Assembly: GCF_006345805.1 (NCBI RefSeq)
Contig: NC_043004.1
Location: 53,010,001-53,074,000, forward strand
Reading direction: 5' to 3'
Length of the DNA: 64,000 nt
Origin: Octopus sinensis
Lineage: Eukaryota
Both the position numbers and the translations under genes were made by a program. The notes beneath the pieces are model-generated. The model was not told where the DNA came from. It searched no databases and was given only the letters and a program-made list of their open reading frames with translations. Positions 27,378-41,019 of the stretch are shown here, piece after piece (position 1 is the first letter of the stretch; the number at the start of each line of letters is the position of its first letter).

Positions 27378-27587
27378 TTGTGTGTCTGTGTTTGTCCCCC
27401 AAGCATTGCTTGACAACCGATGCTGGTGTGTTTACGTCCCCGTCACTTAGCGGTTCGGCAAAAGAGACCGATAGAATAATACTGGGCTTACAAAGAATAA
27501 TTCCCGGGGTCGATTTGCTCGACTAAAGGCGGGGCTCCAGCATAGCCGCAGTCAAATGACTGAAACAAGTAAAATAGTAAAAGAGTA
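27090..27587 (+). mobile_element. SINE family B with expanded internal microsatellite
   Basis: Colinear with the 10283 copy. Confidence 0.92.
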
Positions 27588-28259
27588 TGGCTGCAGTAAA
27601 TTTAATCATGTTTCCACGATCAATACTGAAATGCAACTGAATGTTACCAACCATTCATTAAAATATATCTACACTTTGAGAGAAAGAGACATACATAGAG
27701 TGATGGCGAGAGAGAGAGGGAGAAAGAGTGAGAGACAGACAGACAGAGGAGGGGAACATAATGAGATATTCCTCTGGAATCAAATCGAACCTGGGTACGT
27801 TTTATCAACATACCCAGCCAACCAGCCTGCGAGCCAACCATCCATAGAGGCAACCAGCCAACCGGATAGGCTGACGCAACGTTAGAAGTATGTAGCTTGT
27901 TAAATGGTCCAGGAAACCATTGATTTCATCACAAAGTAAAACTATAAAGCATCTGAAAATAACATCATTAAGTTTTTCCATTATACTGAATAAAAATATA
28001 AATTAAAGAAAAACAAATAACAGTACAATCTAGGAAACATACGATATTCCATTATTTCTAGAATGGTTTTAGATAAAAAGTAACAGAAGGGGAAAAAATG
28101 AAAAGAAATGGCTGAGAGGTGTAAAAATAGTCGGGAACCGTTCTAATGGTAGAATGTATTTTGGTTAAATATAGAAATAGATTTTAAACAGTCGGCCCTG
28201 TAGACACACAGACACGAATATGCATATAGAGACGAAGCTAAGTGCACAGTTTCATAGGT

Positions 28260-28490
<231 letters not shown>

Positions 28491-28921
28491 TAGGAACATT
28501 TACATTTACTCAAAAAGACAAACACACATGTATGTATATATTTTGTTATCTTGCAATACTTATATGCTCCAAATAAACACAAATGTCTCGGGAAGCTTAC
28601 AATATGCATTCATAATTCAACCATATTGAAACTCTTATTAAATAATCAAATACACTATTGATTATACCTATAGACGTTCTATGTTCGAGGTATGCAACTT
28701 TAAATACGGCTGAACTGAAAAAAGTTCTCACAGGTTTCATAAATGAAGTCCAAATTACAAAACAATCAGAAAGTTGCTGCTAGAGGCGAAACATAGGATC
28801 CAACTTAGTCCAGTCCAGGATTTGCCTGGGGTTCTAATGCCTCCCTTCGACGGACAAGAATTTTCAAGGAGAGAAAAACATTAATTTTTCCTTTCATTGT
28901 AGAAAATATGACGTATCACAA

Positions 28922-29270
28922 TGCCACTGCGTGGTTTCTTGGGCAGGTGTCTTCCCCCATAGTTTCGGACCGAACAAAGCTTTGTGAAAGAATTTGGTAG
29001 ACGGAAATGGAAAGAAGGCCGTCGTATATGTATATAGGTGTGTGTTTTTGTGTCTCACTTTGCGCCACCATCCTCTTCAGCATGTGATAACCGATGTCGG
29101 TATATTTAAGTTACCGGAACTTAGCGGTTCGTGAAAAGTAACGATAGAATAATTACGAGACATAAGAAATAAGTTCTGAGATAGATTTGTTCGACTAAAG
29201 CCTTTCAAGGCGGTGCTCCAGTATGGTCGTAATCAAATGACTAAATCAAGTGACAGAAATAAAAGAAAAA
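28922..29270 (+). mobile_element. SINE family B, 5'-truncated and diverged
   Basis: CCACTGCGTGG..TTGGGCAGGTGTCTTC..GGTAGACGGAAA..CTTAGCGGTTCG..CAAATGACTAAATCAAGT. Confidence 0.8.
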
Positions 29271-29510
29271 AGGTATATCATATTAAAATGACAGCAAATT
29301 TCGCTGCAAATTTTGAGGACTGCCTGCCTTATATCGTCTTTTATTGCTTCATAAGATTTACCAGGGATGGCTTACTTACTCAGCATTCACTTAATGAAAA
29401 TGGGTAGAAAGTATGCTGTACCAAACTACAACTACTACTATAAATAATAATAATAATATTAATATTAATAATATTAACATTATTATTATGATTATTTATT
29501 ATTATTATTA

Positions 29511-29591
<81 letters not shown>

Positions 29592-29596
<5 letters not shown>

Positions 29597-30162
29597 TCAC
29601 AGACACGACAGGGTTATACACCTATATACGCTGAAAGTTATTCCAACACCATGAAATTACAACAGAAAAAGGATTGTATAGTCACATGACAGAAAAGGTC
29701 ACAGAAAATGAGAGAACAACCATACTATGGGATATTTCAATACACACAGATAGAGAAAGTAAGACCAATAAGTTGGATATAATTGTCAGAGATCATTAAA
29801 AAATTGCTTTCTAATCGATGTATTAATACCAAATGATGACACCCTCTAAAAGAAATGGAGGAACATTCAAAATAGAAAGACCTGGAACTAGCTGTAAATC
29901 GAATGTGGAGTCTACAGACAGAAACAATTCCTATCATAGTAAGCACATTAGGCATGATAAAAATAAGTACTCAGACAAATACTCAGCAAAAACATCAGGA
30001 CTAGCAAGTATATATAACATACAGAAAATAGCACCACTATGCACTGCGCACATCCTATGTAAAGCATTTTTAATACAGAAACAATAAGGGCATCAAAACA
30101 AACCACACTACATACACAAGGCACACATATCTGTACTCGTTAGTGCAGTGAAAGCACGTGAC
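29592..30162 (+). mobile_element. R4/Dong-clade non-LTR retrotransposon 3' fragment (restriction-like endonuclease domain), pseudogenised
   Basis: Frames give YIHRHD, ENERTTILWDISIHTD, NKLDIIVRD, CFLIDVLIP, KDLELAVNRMW, IPIIVSTLG and IQKIAPLCTAHIL. Embedded in (ATT)n/(AAT)n. Confidence 0.85.
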
Positions 30163-30196
30163 AATAATAATAATAATGATAATAATAATAATAATA

Positions 30197-30258
<62 letters not shown>

Positions 30259-30294
30259 CATTATTATCATTATTATTATTATTATTATTATTAA

Positions 30295-30342
<48 letters not shown>

Positions 30343-30383
30343 GTTATTATTGTTATTATTATTATGATTATTATTACTATTAT
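30163..30383. repeat. (AAT)n/(ATT)n array
   Basis: Directly visible. Confidence 0.95.
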
Positions 30384-30384
30384 G

Positions 30385-30612
30385 TTTTTTCCTTCTTTCT
30401 TCAAATTTTCTTCCGTTTCTCGCCGAGTGTTTTCCATACACCTAGGGCAGAGAAGCTCATTGTATGCATTCCCAGATTACACACGGAAAATCACAGATAA
30501 ACTATGTATTTAAAAATTATTAAATAAATAAATTCATGGATGGCTGTTGTTTTCAAAGCGATAATGCTCTTCTCAGTACATGAGCCGTTCCAGTTAATTG
30601 CTGTTCTCAGCA
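30385..30612 (-). mobile_element. 3' end of a second R4/Dong-like family
   Basis: Minus strand GTAHVLRRALSL* followed by a UTR that runs into the trinucleotide array. Confidence 0.65.
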
Positions 30613-30634
30613 ATATTATTATTATTATTATTAT

Positions 30635-30807
30635 CATTTCTGCTGTAGCCCGAAGGCCTTATATTTGTGGGGAGGGGGATGATGGATTAGATCGACCCCA
30701 GTACGCAACTGGCACTTTAAAGACCGCGGAAGGGAGAAAGGCTAAGTCGACCTCAGTTGACTTTGAACGCAGAACGTCGCTAAGCATTTTGCCCGGCTCA
30801 CCGCCTT
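30635..30807 (-). mobile_element. SINE family A, diverged
   Basis: ATCGACCCCAGT..GTCGACCTC..TTTGAACGCAGAACG..CTCACCGCCTT. Confidence 0.7.
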
Positions 30808-30857
30808 AATAATGATTATATATATATACATATATATATATCTATATATATATATAT

Positions 30858-30895
<38 letters not shown>

Positions 30896-33345
30896 CATCC
30901 ATGTATATATGTATGTATGTAGGTAGGTAGGTAGGTAGGTACGTACGTACGTACGTAGGTAACTAGGCAGGTAGGTAGGTATTTGAAGAGTTTAAAAGTC
31001 ATTAGCAAGATAGACTGCATGTCATGCTATGCACAATTTTTTTTGTGTGGCTCTCTCTATCTCTACGAGGAGAAAGGCTTTCGCATGCGCAGTTTAAAAC
31101 AATTGCAAATGAAACAAGTGTGATTTAATATTAGAAGGATTTGGTTGAGATGCATTTTAAAATCTGGCAGATAATTTCCTAATATTTTCCAGCACCAACG
31201 GAAGCGTAGAATACTAGGGTTTGAATATTTTGTATACGAGCACAAAACCGTTTTGACGTTTGCCAAATATGGATATGCTTCCAATAATTTGTGTTACAAT
31301 ATATCACTGCTGTATGTGGTTATGCCGTAGATTTTTAATTCCAGATAATATAAGATGAAAATACTCAAGAAAATTACTAATCTGTCATTTATCAATTATA
31401 CTTTATTGATAATTTATATAACATGTTACATCTACCAAATGAAGCAGTGGAATATTTATTATGACAAAATAAATTGAAGTTACAGTGATCGTAAGCTGGG
31501 AGGTAAAATGTTCGACTCTTATACGATTGATTCAGAGAATAATCACACAGTCTGTCAGCTTTCATGCATAGCAGAACATTTATGCCTTGTTATTATTGTT
31601 TTAAGAATAAAAGCGTCGAATATTGCAATAATTTGCTAATTTATAAATATGGAGTAGGAAAAATAAAGAAAGGTATATATATAGGTGGTAAGGTAGATAA
31701 ACAAGATTACGTTTAATCCATGTATTTATACATATCATAAAAACTAAAGAAGAAAGTTAAAACTACAAATGAAGAAAATATATTCATATAGAAATTATGT
31801 AATGTCATATCTTAACAACTGTTAAAGAAGACCGTGAGCTACATAATGACCATTGTTTACAGGTGATTATTGCCTAATTTCATAGATACAAAACTGTTGA
31901 CCAGCCAGATGAAGTTATAGCATGAAGTCTGGCTCCCATTTTGAAGAACAATTCGACGAATGAAAATAATATGTATGTATGTAGAGAACTGCAATTTTAC
32001 GCAAATATTTGTATATATAATATTAATTATTGTGACCCCGGAGTGTTTTTTTGACTCCTATATTTAGGAAAGCTGGTGTTTGTAAAATACGCACCCTCGT
32101 TACATATAATTCTTACATATATATATATTTATATATATATATACATAAATATTAATTTTCCCTATACAGTTTTAGCTCGCAGCCACTAATATTAATATAT
32201 TTCATGAGTATTTACTGCGCTTTATATATTTTTAAACACACACACACACACACACACATACAAGCACACATGATCTCTCTCTCTCACACACACACGCACA
32301 CAGGCACACACACAATTTCTCTCACACATGCATACATACACACACACACATACACACACATACACACTCATATATATATATATGTATGTATATATGCTTG
32401 TATGTATATATATGTGATGACTGCTAACTCCGTTTTGGGCATAGTCATAGATTGTAAACATATGCATGTACTCTAACTGCTCTGGTAGCATCATCACCAT
32501 AGGCCATTTAATGGCTACGTAACCCAGAATCCTTTTAGATCTTTGTAAATTTCTATTTATTAATATACGGGATTATATAAACAAACAAAAAAGTACCTAC
32601 ACGAGCAATTTCTATTCTATTGTCTAGAGTGGATATTCAGCGAACTCAACTCATTTCTGCCGCCTGCAATCAAAGACAGCCTGTAGCAGCGGCTGCAAGC
32701 GGAAACAAACTGAAGTCAGAAATAACATGCAGCAAGCCATAATTAACACCACCACAAATCTACGAACGCAGCATAGATGTACAACACTTTCTTAATATGA
32801 ATATACACACATAGAGGGACACTTACATAATAAATACTATGCACATGTGTGTGTGTGCGCATACTTATATACAAGTATTTTAAAAGCGAAAAAATATAAC
32901 TTGCACCGAAAGCCATGACACAGGTGAAGAAACTGGCCGCCGGAAAGTTTTAATTGCACACAGAACAGAAATACAATTTAATTTAGATCTATTTGTATCC
33001 GTATGGTGCGAAGCTTGTTGAAAATTTCTTCAATGATTTTGTGTATGCATTTTGAATTGAAAGTAAGCCTCAAAATAGTATCCAATTTCGAACCTGGAGG
33101 AACAGTTGAAAAGAAAATATCGGAGACAAATTAATTTTCCTCCTTCAGTGCAAATACATAGATTTACGTTTCTATACAATTTCTTGCGTAATATACATAT
33201 ATATAAACACATACACACATGTATGCAAGTGTGTGTATGTATATATATATATCTATATACTGTACATATATGCTCACACTTACGTAAGCATATACACATA
33301 CATAGATACATACATATACACACACACATACACACACACACTCAT

Positions 33346-33405
<60 letters not shown>

Positions 33406-33551
33406 ACAGAGAGAGAGAGTAAACAGAAAATGGAGATCATGGAAAATGATATGCTTGCAGATGTGTCCATGGTTAACATAGGTAATTATAGCGGTAGTAT
33501 AACGGATACTTTTATCCATTAGACGATTATTCCAGCCTCTAACTCTAATAA

Positions 33552-33702
<151 letters not shown>

Positions 33703-33885
33703 GTGGCGAGAATTCACAAACAAGACAAAAGACGAAGACAGGTGGTGTAGACAACAAACAGATGTATTAGTCTAACGCTCGGGAAGTGAAGAGGTTTATA
33801 ACGTTTCGAGCCTACGCTCTTCCACAGAAAGGAACGCAGAAGGAAACAAGGAGAGAAAATAAAGAATGTGTAGTGGCTAGTGATC
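33703..33885 (-). mobile_element. Solo Penelope-like terminal segment with hammerhead-like motif
   Basis: Reverse complement is colinear with the 3' end (59145-59327) of the GIY-YIG PLE; ends in (TA)n. Confidence 0.8.
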
Positions 33886-34520
33886 TCTCTCATTATTTAG
33901 CGCTACACCCGGAGGCTTTGGTCATGTCAGAGCACCATCTTTCACTGTGTTTCGGTTTTATTTCTGTATTGTTTTTGGTGAAGAAGCCAGTTGCACGGAG
34001 CCGCTCTTCTTTGTGCCCTTGGCAGCGATGTGGGTTTATTTGGTATTTCGGATAAAATTTTGTCTACAGACTATGAAAATCCCCACATCTACATTTTTTA
34101 AATCTTTAAGGTTGATTGGAGAATGTTGAAACCCAAGCTGTTACAACTCTGGGTCCTTATACCAGATGGCGAAGACAGGATCTTTGGTATTATGCAGTGC
34201 TATCCAGTTCCGTGGTTGAATTCCAAAGCTGGAAGCCAAACATTCCTGGCTCCTCCATATGTATACCACAACATATCTCTCATGATTCCTATATGGGGAG
34301 CAGAGCTTCAGGTCCTTTAGACTCTCCCAGTGGCTCATCTGTTTTATCCGAGACCATTTTCTTTGTCTCGTGGTGCTGGATTGCCTCAAGTTCCGCCATC
34401 AGTTTGACACTCTGCAGCAACCAGAGTTGGGAGCAGTAATCGAGACTACTGAGGACGAAAGTTCTCTATAGGAGCAGCATGTTATCCTTTCTTACTGGTT
34501 CTGAATGACCTTAGAATCCT
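33886..34520 (-). mobile_element. CR1-group LINE ORF2 3' fragment, decayed
   Basis: ILRSFRT, TFVLSSLDYCSQLW, ELEAIQ, LKDLKL..ERYVVVYIW on the minus strand. Confidence 0.75.
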
Positions 34521-34689
34521 GCATATACACATACATAGAAACAGAGGGAGAGATACAATGACTCACACACGCACACAGATGTAAAAAGAATCATGTGAAT
34601 ATTTGATCATTTATCTCTATTCGTAAATATGCGTTCCCTTGTAAATGTGTGTAAATGTGTGCAGAGTTCAAATTGCTAACAAGAGGTAT

Positions 34690-35002
34690 TATATGCCTTC
34701 TCCATAAGAGAGAAACTAGAAGGCATGCCAAAGTTTACAGGTCTTTCTCTGACTTCTCATCTTTGCAAGGGCCTGCAAGGCATTGTCAAAAGATGCTCAT
34801 CATGTGTCTGAAAGAAAATAACTTGCTCACAAACAAGCAACATGGTTTCTAGCCAGGTAAGTTCTGATTCACTCCAACATTACGACTGACTAGGTACTGA
34901 AACAGCAGCTCAGCAACTCAAATTTCGATGTGATATATTTCGATTTTGCCATAGTTCCTCACAGGAGGGTGTTTAACAAACTACATGACCTTGGTATCAT
35001 TC
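34690..35002 (+). mobile_element. CR1-group LINE reverse transcriptase N-terminal fragment
   Basis: NNLLTNKQHGF, DVIYFDFA, VPHRRVFNKLHDLGI. Confidence 0.75.
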
Positions 35003-35460
35003 GAATAGTCAAATATTGGGGCATAGCACACGACGGATAAAGTCGTGGGTGGGACACTCATGTTTTAAAAATACACTATGTAATTATAGCGCTTTAATCT
35101 AACGGACAGAAGTGAGTGGGTACGTTGGTAGTCCACCTATTAGGAATATAAGAGGTGTGGGTTCGTGTCCCATGCGTACTGGCACCCTCTTTTGCGGTTG
35201 AGGGTCCATATCATCTTTAGCTAACAAACAGGGATCACTTGCATTTTTAAGCTTATAATTATTATCATATATACATGCATACACACAAACATGCACACAT
35301 ACATATATGTGTATGTAGATATATTGCTATGCATCTATGGGTGTATAAATCTAGGTTTGATTAAGTAATTCATCATTTAATAAATATTTGTGCACTTCAT
35401 GTCTCTCGTGACTTTGTTTAAGTGAAAGAGCTTTCGTAATCTGGTATATATGATATATAT

Positions 35461-35522
<62 letters not shown>

Positions 35523-36339
35523 TATATGAAAACGGAAGATGGAATATACGAGAATTTACTAATCACGACGATTGCTTCGACACATCTACCATCCTTCCGT
35601 CATGGGTGGGACACTCAACAATGGTTCAAGAGCATCTGGCGGTGGAGAAGTATCTCGTCGGGGCATAGATACAACTCGTTAACATAAGATTTCCGCAATG
35701 TACCTTCTGGTTTTGTAGAAAGCAAACCAGCCAGGCAGATTGCTGGATTTCACGCCTGTGCACACTTATTAATGTCTTCAGTACACGAATTCCATTCGCT
35801 TGTACGAGTGGCGTAATACAAACACTGAAACACTAATAATACAAGACAATATTACACACTCTCACACAAATATAGAGACAAACACAAACACCTAAAATAG
35901 ATACCACTATATTGCTAAGTCGCGCACACAAACGAACGGAAATGCATACACGTATGCGCAGAATGAAAAATCATACACTGGGGTATTTTAATCTCATCTA
36001 TCTTATATTTTCTATTTCAAATGTTGTTTAGATAATTAAAAATAATTAAGCAACATTGCCAAAACAATTAGTTAAATTGGTTAAAACATAAGAAATATAT
36101 CAAGTTTTAAGCAAATATTTACAAAAGAACGGAATGACAATTAATTTCATCTTTCAATGAATTTAAAAATTAATAATTCTCTACACTTAGCTTTGTGATT
36201 GTTTGGGTTGATGTTTTTGTGGAACTTATTACGTTATTTGTGGATTATCTCAGTATTGTTGTTGTTGTAAATTGAAATAACTAAAGTTGTTTATTTTTCA
36301 CGTTGTTACTAATTTTTCCACTGTTATTATCACGGTTAT

Positions 36340-36373
36340 TGTTATAATGGAAATAAATTTATAAATAATAATA

Positions 36374-36438
<65 letters not shown>

Positions 36439-36692
36439 TAATAATAATGATAATAATAATAATATTTCAGACGGATATTAGTAATATAGACAATAATAAA
36501 TAACAATAATATAGAGGGCAACACGATTAGTAAAAAATAATAATGATTATAACAATAATTATTAGATCAATAATAGCAGTAAAAATAATAACAACGAAAA
36601 TAATAATGATAATATAGAAAACGAAAATAACAAGAAAAAATAGCAGCAACATAAAAATGATAATAATGATGATGATGATGATGATGATGATG

Positions 36693-36739
<47 letters not shown>

Positions 36740-36960
36740 TTTTTATCATTTCTCTTATTAATACTTTTGTCGTTAATTTTATCATTTCGTTATTTCTATG
36801 ATTATATTATTATTAACATAACCGTCGTAATTATTATTACTAATTTTAGTAGTAATACTTGTAGTGGTGGTGGTAGTAGTAGTAGCAGTTGTTGTTGTTG
36901 TAGTACTAGTGGTAGTATGAGGAGAAGGAGGAGGAGGTCGAGGATGCCGAGTAGGCAGGT
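36340..36960. repeat. (AAT)n/(GAT)n/(TAG)n low-complexity trinucleotide region
   Basis: Directly visible. Confidence 0.85.
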
Positions 36961-37554
36961 ATTGCTTTCTTGTTTTTGATATGACTGTATGAACATAATT
37001 TTGATAATTGTTAATTTTATTCACATTTTGTTATTGTTAATGTTATTTTTCTTATTGTTTGTATTATTATTAATGGTAAAGTGGACATGATCAATTCTAA
37101 TGATAATTCAGCTTATATCCAATTAAGCTTTCATTGGGACCGGTTTTCTTGGATGAAAATTGATTTTCAAACTTGCGAGCTGTTTTGGATCACGGTAACC
37201 TTTATACTACCGTGTAACCTCAAGGTAAGTTGCGTAGCGATACATGTAGCATACACATAACTGAATTTCATAATCACATTTACAGGTTTGTATATCTCAC
37301 ATTCAGACTCTCTCTCTCTCTCACACACACACTCACACACACACCACACACACACACACATAAAACAGTGTATCGACCAGAGAAGGCAAGTCGCCTAGCG
37401 ATCAAGATTATATAGTGAAAGGTTCAATACCAGAATCCTACGGCATGTTCTGTCCTAAAACAAGATCTCCTTTTACACTTCATGAGAGTTAGAGTGAGAG
37501 TACTGTGCCAGCACTGTTCCTCCAAAGGTCTCTCTCGTTCTCTCTCTCTCTATA

Positions 37555-37599
<45 letters not shown>

Positions 37600-37699
37600 G
37601 TTTCTCACTTGTTCTCTTTCTCTAGTCTTCATACAATCATTCTCCCTCTCTCCCTCACTCTCTCTATCTCTATTACCTCACCACATGTCACTTCTTGGA

Positions 37700-38735
37700 T
37701 GTGCCGCTAGGACTAGCTTGCTAAATTCGAGAGTAGGATCAATGGCTGATCGCGACTAATCGGTTCAGACTCCTTGGTAATCTGAGTTTCGAGCGTGTGG
37801 TTAGTCTTCGGCTATTGGGTTCTGAATCAGTGTTCGATTAATGAAAGACAATATTTACTACTGGACGTTAGCCTGCAATTGCTCGCTACACGCGGTATAA
37901 TGGTATTACAGCGACAACAATTAGCTGGATAATACTCCATGGTGAACAGGTAATCGACCACGTGGTGAGCAGGAAATTGAACGCGTGTTGGACAAGAAAT
38001 CGTTTGTATGGTTGGGGGAATTAGGAAGTGGTGCATGTGTGTGCCTATATACCCATATATCTGCGTGTATGTATCCGTACTTATACGTGTTTGTATGTGT
38101 GCTTAGATGTACAATCACACATCCATGCGCGTGCATACACACACACATGTAGCCGCACCCTCAGGCGTGCACACATAATCACATACACACACGAACACAT
38201 ACATACACATGCATGCACACCTTTATCTCCATGTACATATGCACACGAACACACGCATCGTGCGCACACACACAAATGTGCACGTATACATACATGTACA
38301 CGCACGGGTGCTCATGTATATATATGTGTGTGTATATGGGAGCGCATGCGCACGCATGTACACTCGCGAACACACGTCCGTGCTCATGCCTAAGGTGAGC
38401 AGATTCATAGGAGTAGTCATGGACATGCACACACACATATACTCGTGTGGTCATGCTAAAGAGCTGATGTACAATGGATGAGAGTATGTAGGTAGATAGA
38501 CAGGGAGAAGCGTTGGGGATTGGTGATTTGCGGTACAGTTCATGGGAGTTAATTAGTGATGGTGACCTGGTAGTAAGGAAGTATATCCGTGTTGTCGGTG
38601 ACCAGGGTGTACCACTGTTGACAGCAATACGAGACCTCATATTTCTTGTCGCTGGATACTCTAGATTGGTAGAGGATATTCAGTTTTTCTCGGAGTAACG
38701 GGTGGCGCCGAGTGAATATGGTGGCCCCCTATCGA
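37700..38735 (-). mobile_element. Probable Penelope-like 3' portion (endonuclease C-terminus remnant, CA-rich UTR, decayed hammerhead)
   Basis: Minus strand PPYSLGATR/REKLNILY..KKYEVSYCC resembles the PY..C.LCL.EK..I..NKR.E...C motif of PLEs. CCGAAGA..CGAAACTCAGATTA at 37778-37811. Confidence 0.4.
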
Positions 38736-38823
38736 TAATAGTCCTTTCCTTTGTCTAATAACTCGTACACTTGTTCCAAACTCTTTTGGTCACCATTCAC
38801 GTTCACCTGACCAACAGTTTGCA

Positions 38824-39300
38824 ATGGAGAGACAACTATTGCTGCACTCGCTGAGGAATATCCAAAAACCTCTAAGGAAAATCTATTTGACGTGACTCAC
38901 GGAGATGATCGAACGTATCATCAAACGAATGCGCTGGAAAGCTTTCTTCTGTGAGAATCCTTCTACTACTACATCTGTAGACAAGTTTGGCTCTAAATCC
39001 CAAAAGTGCCTCCCACTTATGAAAGACCTTGAAAACTTTGAGTTTGCCTCATAGAACATTGTAAAGAAGGTAAGATTTCAGCATTATTCTAATCTCTTAC
39101 ATAAATCACTAAGTGACAATATGACGAGTATTAAACAATCACCTAATCTACAGATCTTCGAAGACAAAAGAGCAGATATTTATGAAACAAACATTTCCAC
39201 TCATTCAAGACTCCTCACATGCGCCATCACCTAATTCATAGCAAAAACTGGTATTTCCACACACAGTGGCATAAACGCAGAAGCAAAGTTGCTAGCTACC
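38824..39300 (+). pseudogene. Penelope-like element ORF N-terminal region, decayed
   Basis: ATG at 38824: HSLRNIQKP..IERIIKRMRWKAFF..KSQKCLP..DLENFE..IFEDKRADIYE (ADKT-like), with in-frame stops. Confidence 0.75.
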
Positions 39301-39878
39301 CGCCATATTACACGAAACAGCGGGAATAGACTGACACTCAGCTACGCAAGTTCATGTTCACAAACATTCATAAATATTTACATTCCCGCGTGCATGTATG
39401 AGTGTTCGTAATTCTGGGTGTGTATGGTGTGTGTGTGTTTTGTATCCGTTCACACATCAATTTTCGTAAGCGTTGTTACAATTATACAAATTAATGAAAT
39501 GTGGATATGCTTGAGTGTTTACAAAATAAGTTCACTTCGAATTTGCCAAATTGTAAGTTCGATGAATCTGAGTGGAAATTTTGGTACGACTCTTTTGCTG
39601 TAGTTTCGTATTAGTAAAGTCGAGTTGCTGGAAAGAGTGTGAACAGTGTGGAAGTTTGTCGGATGGATTATTGCCTAAAATTCAAACTTGCAATCATGTA
39701 ATGAGTTATGTAATACTGATTTTGCATGATACTTAATAGGCAGAATTGTCTGTATAATTCTCAGCCAATTGACCCAGTGCTTCAAACAGTGGGTGTTTCA
39801 AATAATCGACGATAATGAAAGACCTTTGTCAAAACTTACGTATATTTCTTTTAAAAAACTAGTCAATAGTATTGCATA

Positions 39879-40174
39879 TCTTTATATATAAAAGTAAGGT
39901 TGTGTGTCTGTCTCCTACGATTTAGATTCCTAACTACTTCTACATTTTGCGGTGCAGTTTAACCAAAAGCGGGTATCTTATAGACGTGATTCATATCGAG
40001 CCCTTCTGGGTATTAGCGCGCGTCTACGATGAGTCTACGATTTAAAAAAAAAATTACCATCATTTTTTTTCCATTTTTAATGCATTTTTTTGCTATTTTT
40101 GGGTTATAACTCTTTAAAAATGCTTTATAGTTATTTCCCTTACAAACCCGAGCAACGCCGGGCGATACTGTTAG
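39879..40174 (+). mobile_element. Non-autonomous Helitron (~296 bp)
   Basis: A|TC 5' end (TCTTTATATATAAA), subterminal hairpin CCCGAGCAACGCCGGG, 3' end TTAG|T (CTAG variant), no TSD. Confidence 0.8.
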
Positions 40175-40560
40175 TGATGAATAAAATACGAAACAAATAT
40201 GCATTTGAAGAAAGAAATGACGCATGCTCACCCAAGAGATCATGGAATGAAGAAATGACTTAAAATAAAGCTGAAATCTCTTCAAAAAATGGAATATTAA
40301 TACAAGCCTTAAAATTTGCATTATTATGGTGGAAAGTATGTTTACGAAGTGTCGTCAACAATATGTATCTGTTTTTCATTCAGTCATAAGATAAGAAGAA
40401 AAGCAAGGAAATTATTCCTCGTAAGAATTATGCAGGATTGGGGGCTGAATATATGTTTACCGAAATGGTGAGTCATTTAATTTAACTTAATTCGAGACTG
40501 GGATCTATCAAATGACCTCGTCACACCGTATTTTCTTCAATGATTAGCTGCATTTTGTCA

Positions 40561-40921
40561 GTGGAGGCGCAATGGCCCAGTGGTTAGGACAGCGGACTCG
40601 CGGTCGTAGGATTGCGGTTTCGATTCCCAGACCGGGCGTTGTGAGTGTTTATTGAGCGAAAACACCTAAAAGCTCCACAAGGCTCCGGCAGGGATGGTGG
40701 TGATCCTTGCTGTACTCTTTCACCACAACTTTCTCTCACTCTTACTTCCTGTTTCTGTTGTACCTGTATTTCAAAGGGCCGGCCTTGTCACTCTCTGTGT
40801 CACGCTGAATATCCCCGAGAACTACGTTAAGGGTACACGTGTCTGTGGAGTGCTCAGCCACTTACACGTTAATTTCACGAGCAGGCTGTTCCGTGATCGG
40901 ATCAACCGGAACCCTCGTCGT
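40561..40921 (+). mobile_element. SINE family C
   Basis: Near-identical to the 26332 copy. Confidence 0.92.
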
Positions 40922-41019
40922 TCTAGAAGGACTAGAACCAAAGACGAATATTTGTCTGAGAACCCTTCTTTATATAAGGTTTATGTGGCTCAAAACGAAC
41001 TTCTGAAATGGAAAGCTGT

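Noticed and set aside
35704-35825. Possible minus-strand exon with an EGF-like CTEDINKC peptide
   Set aside because: A stop follows within four codons, the remaining cysteines are missing and the donor is weak
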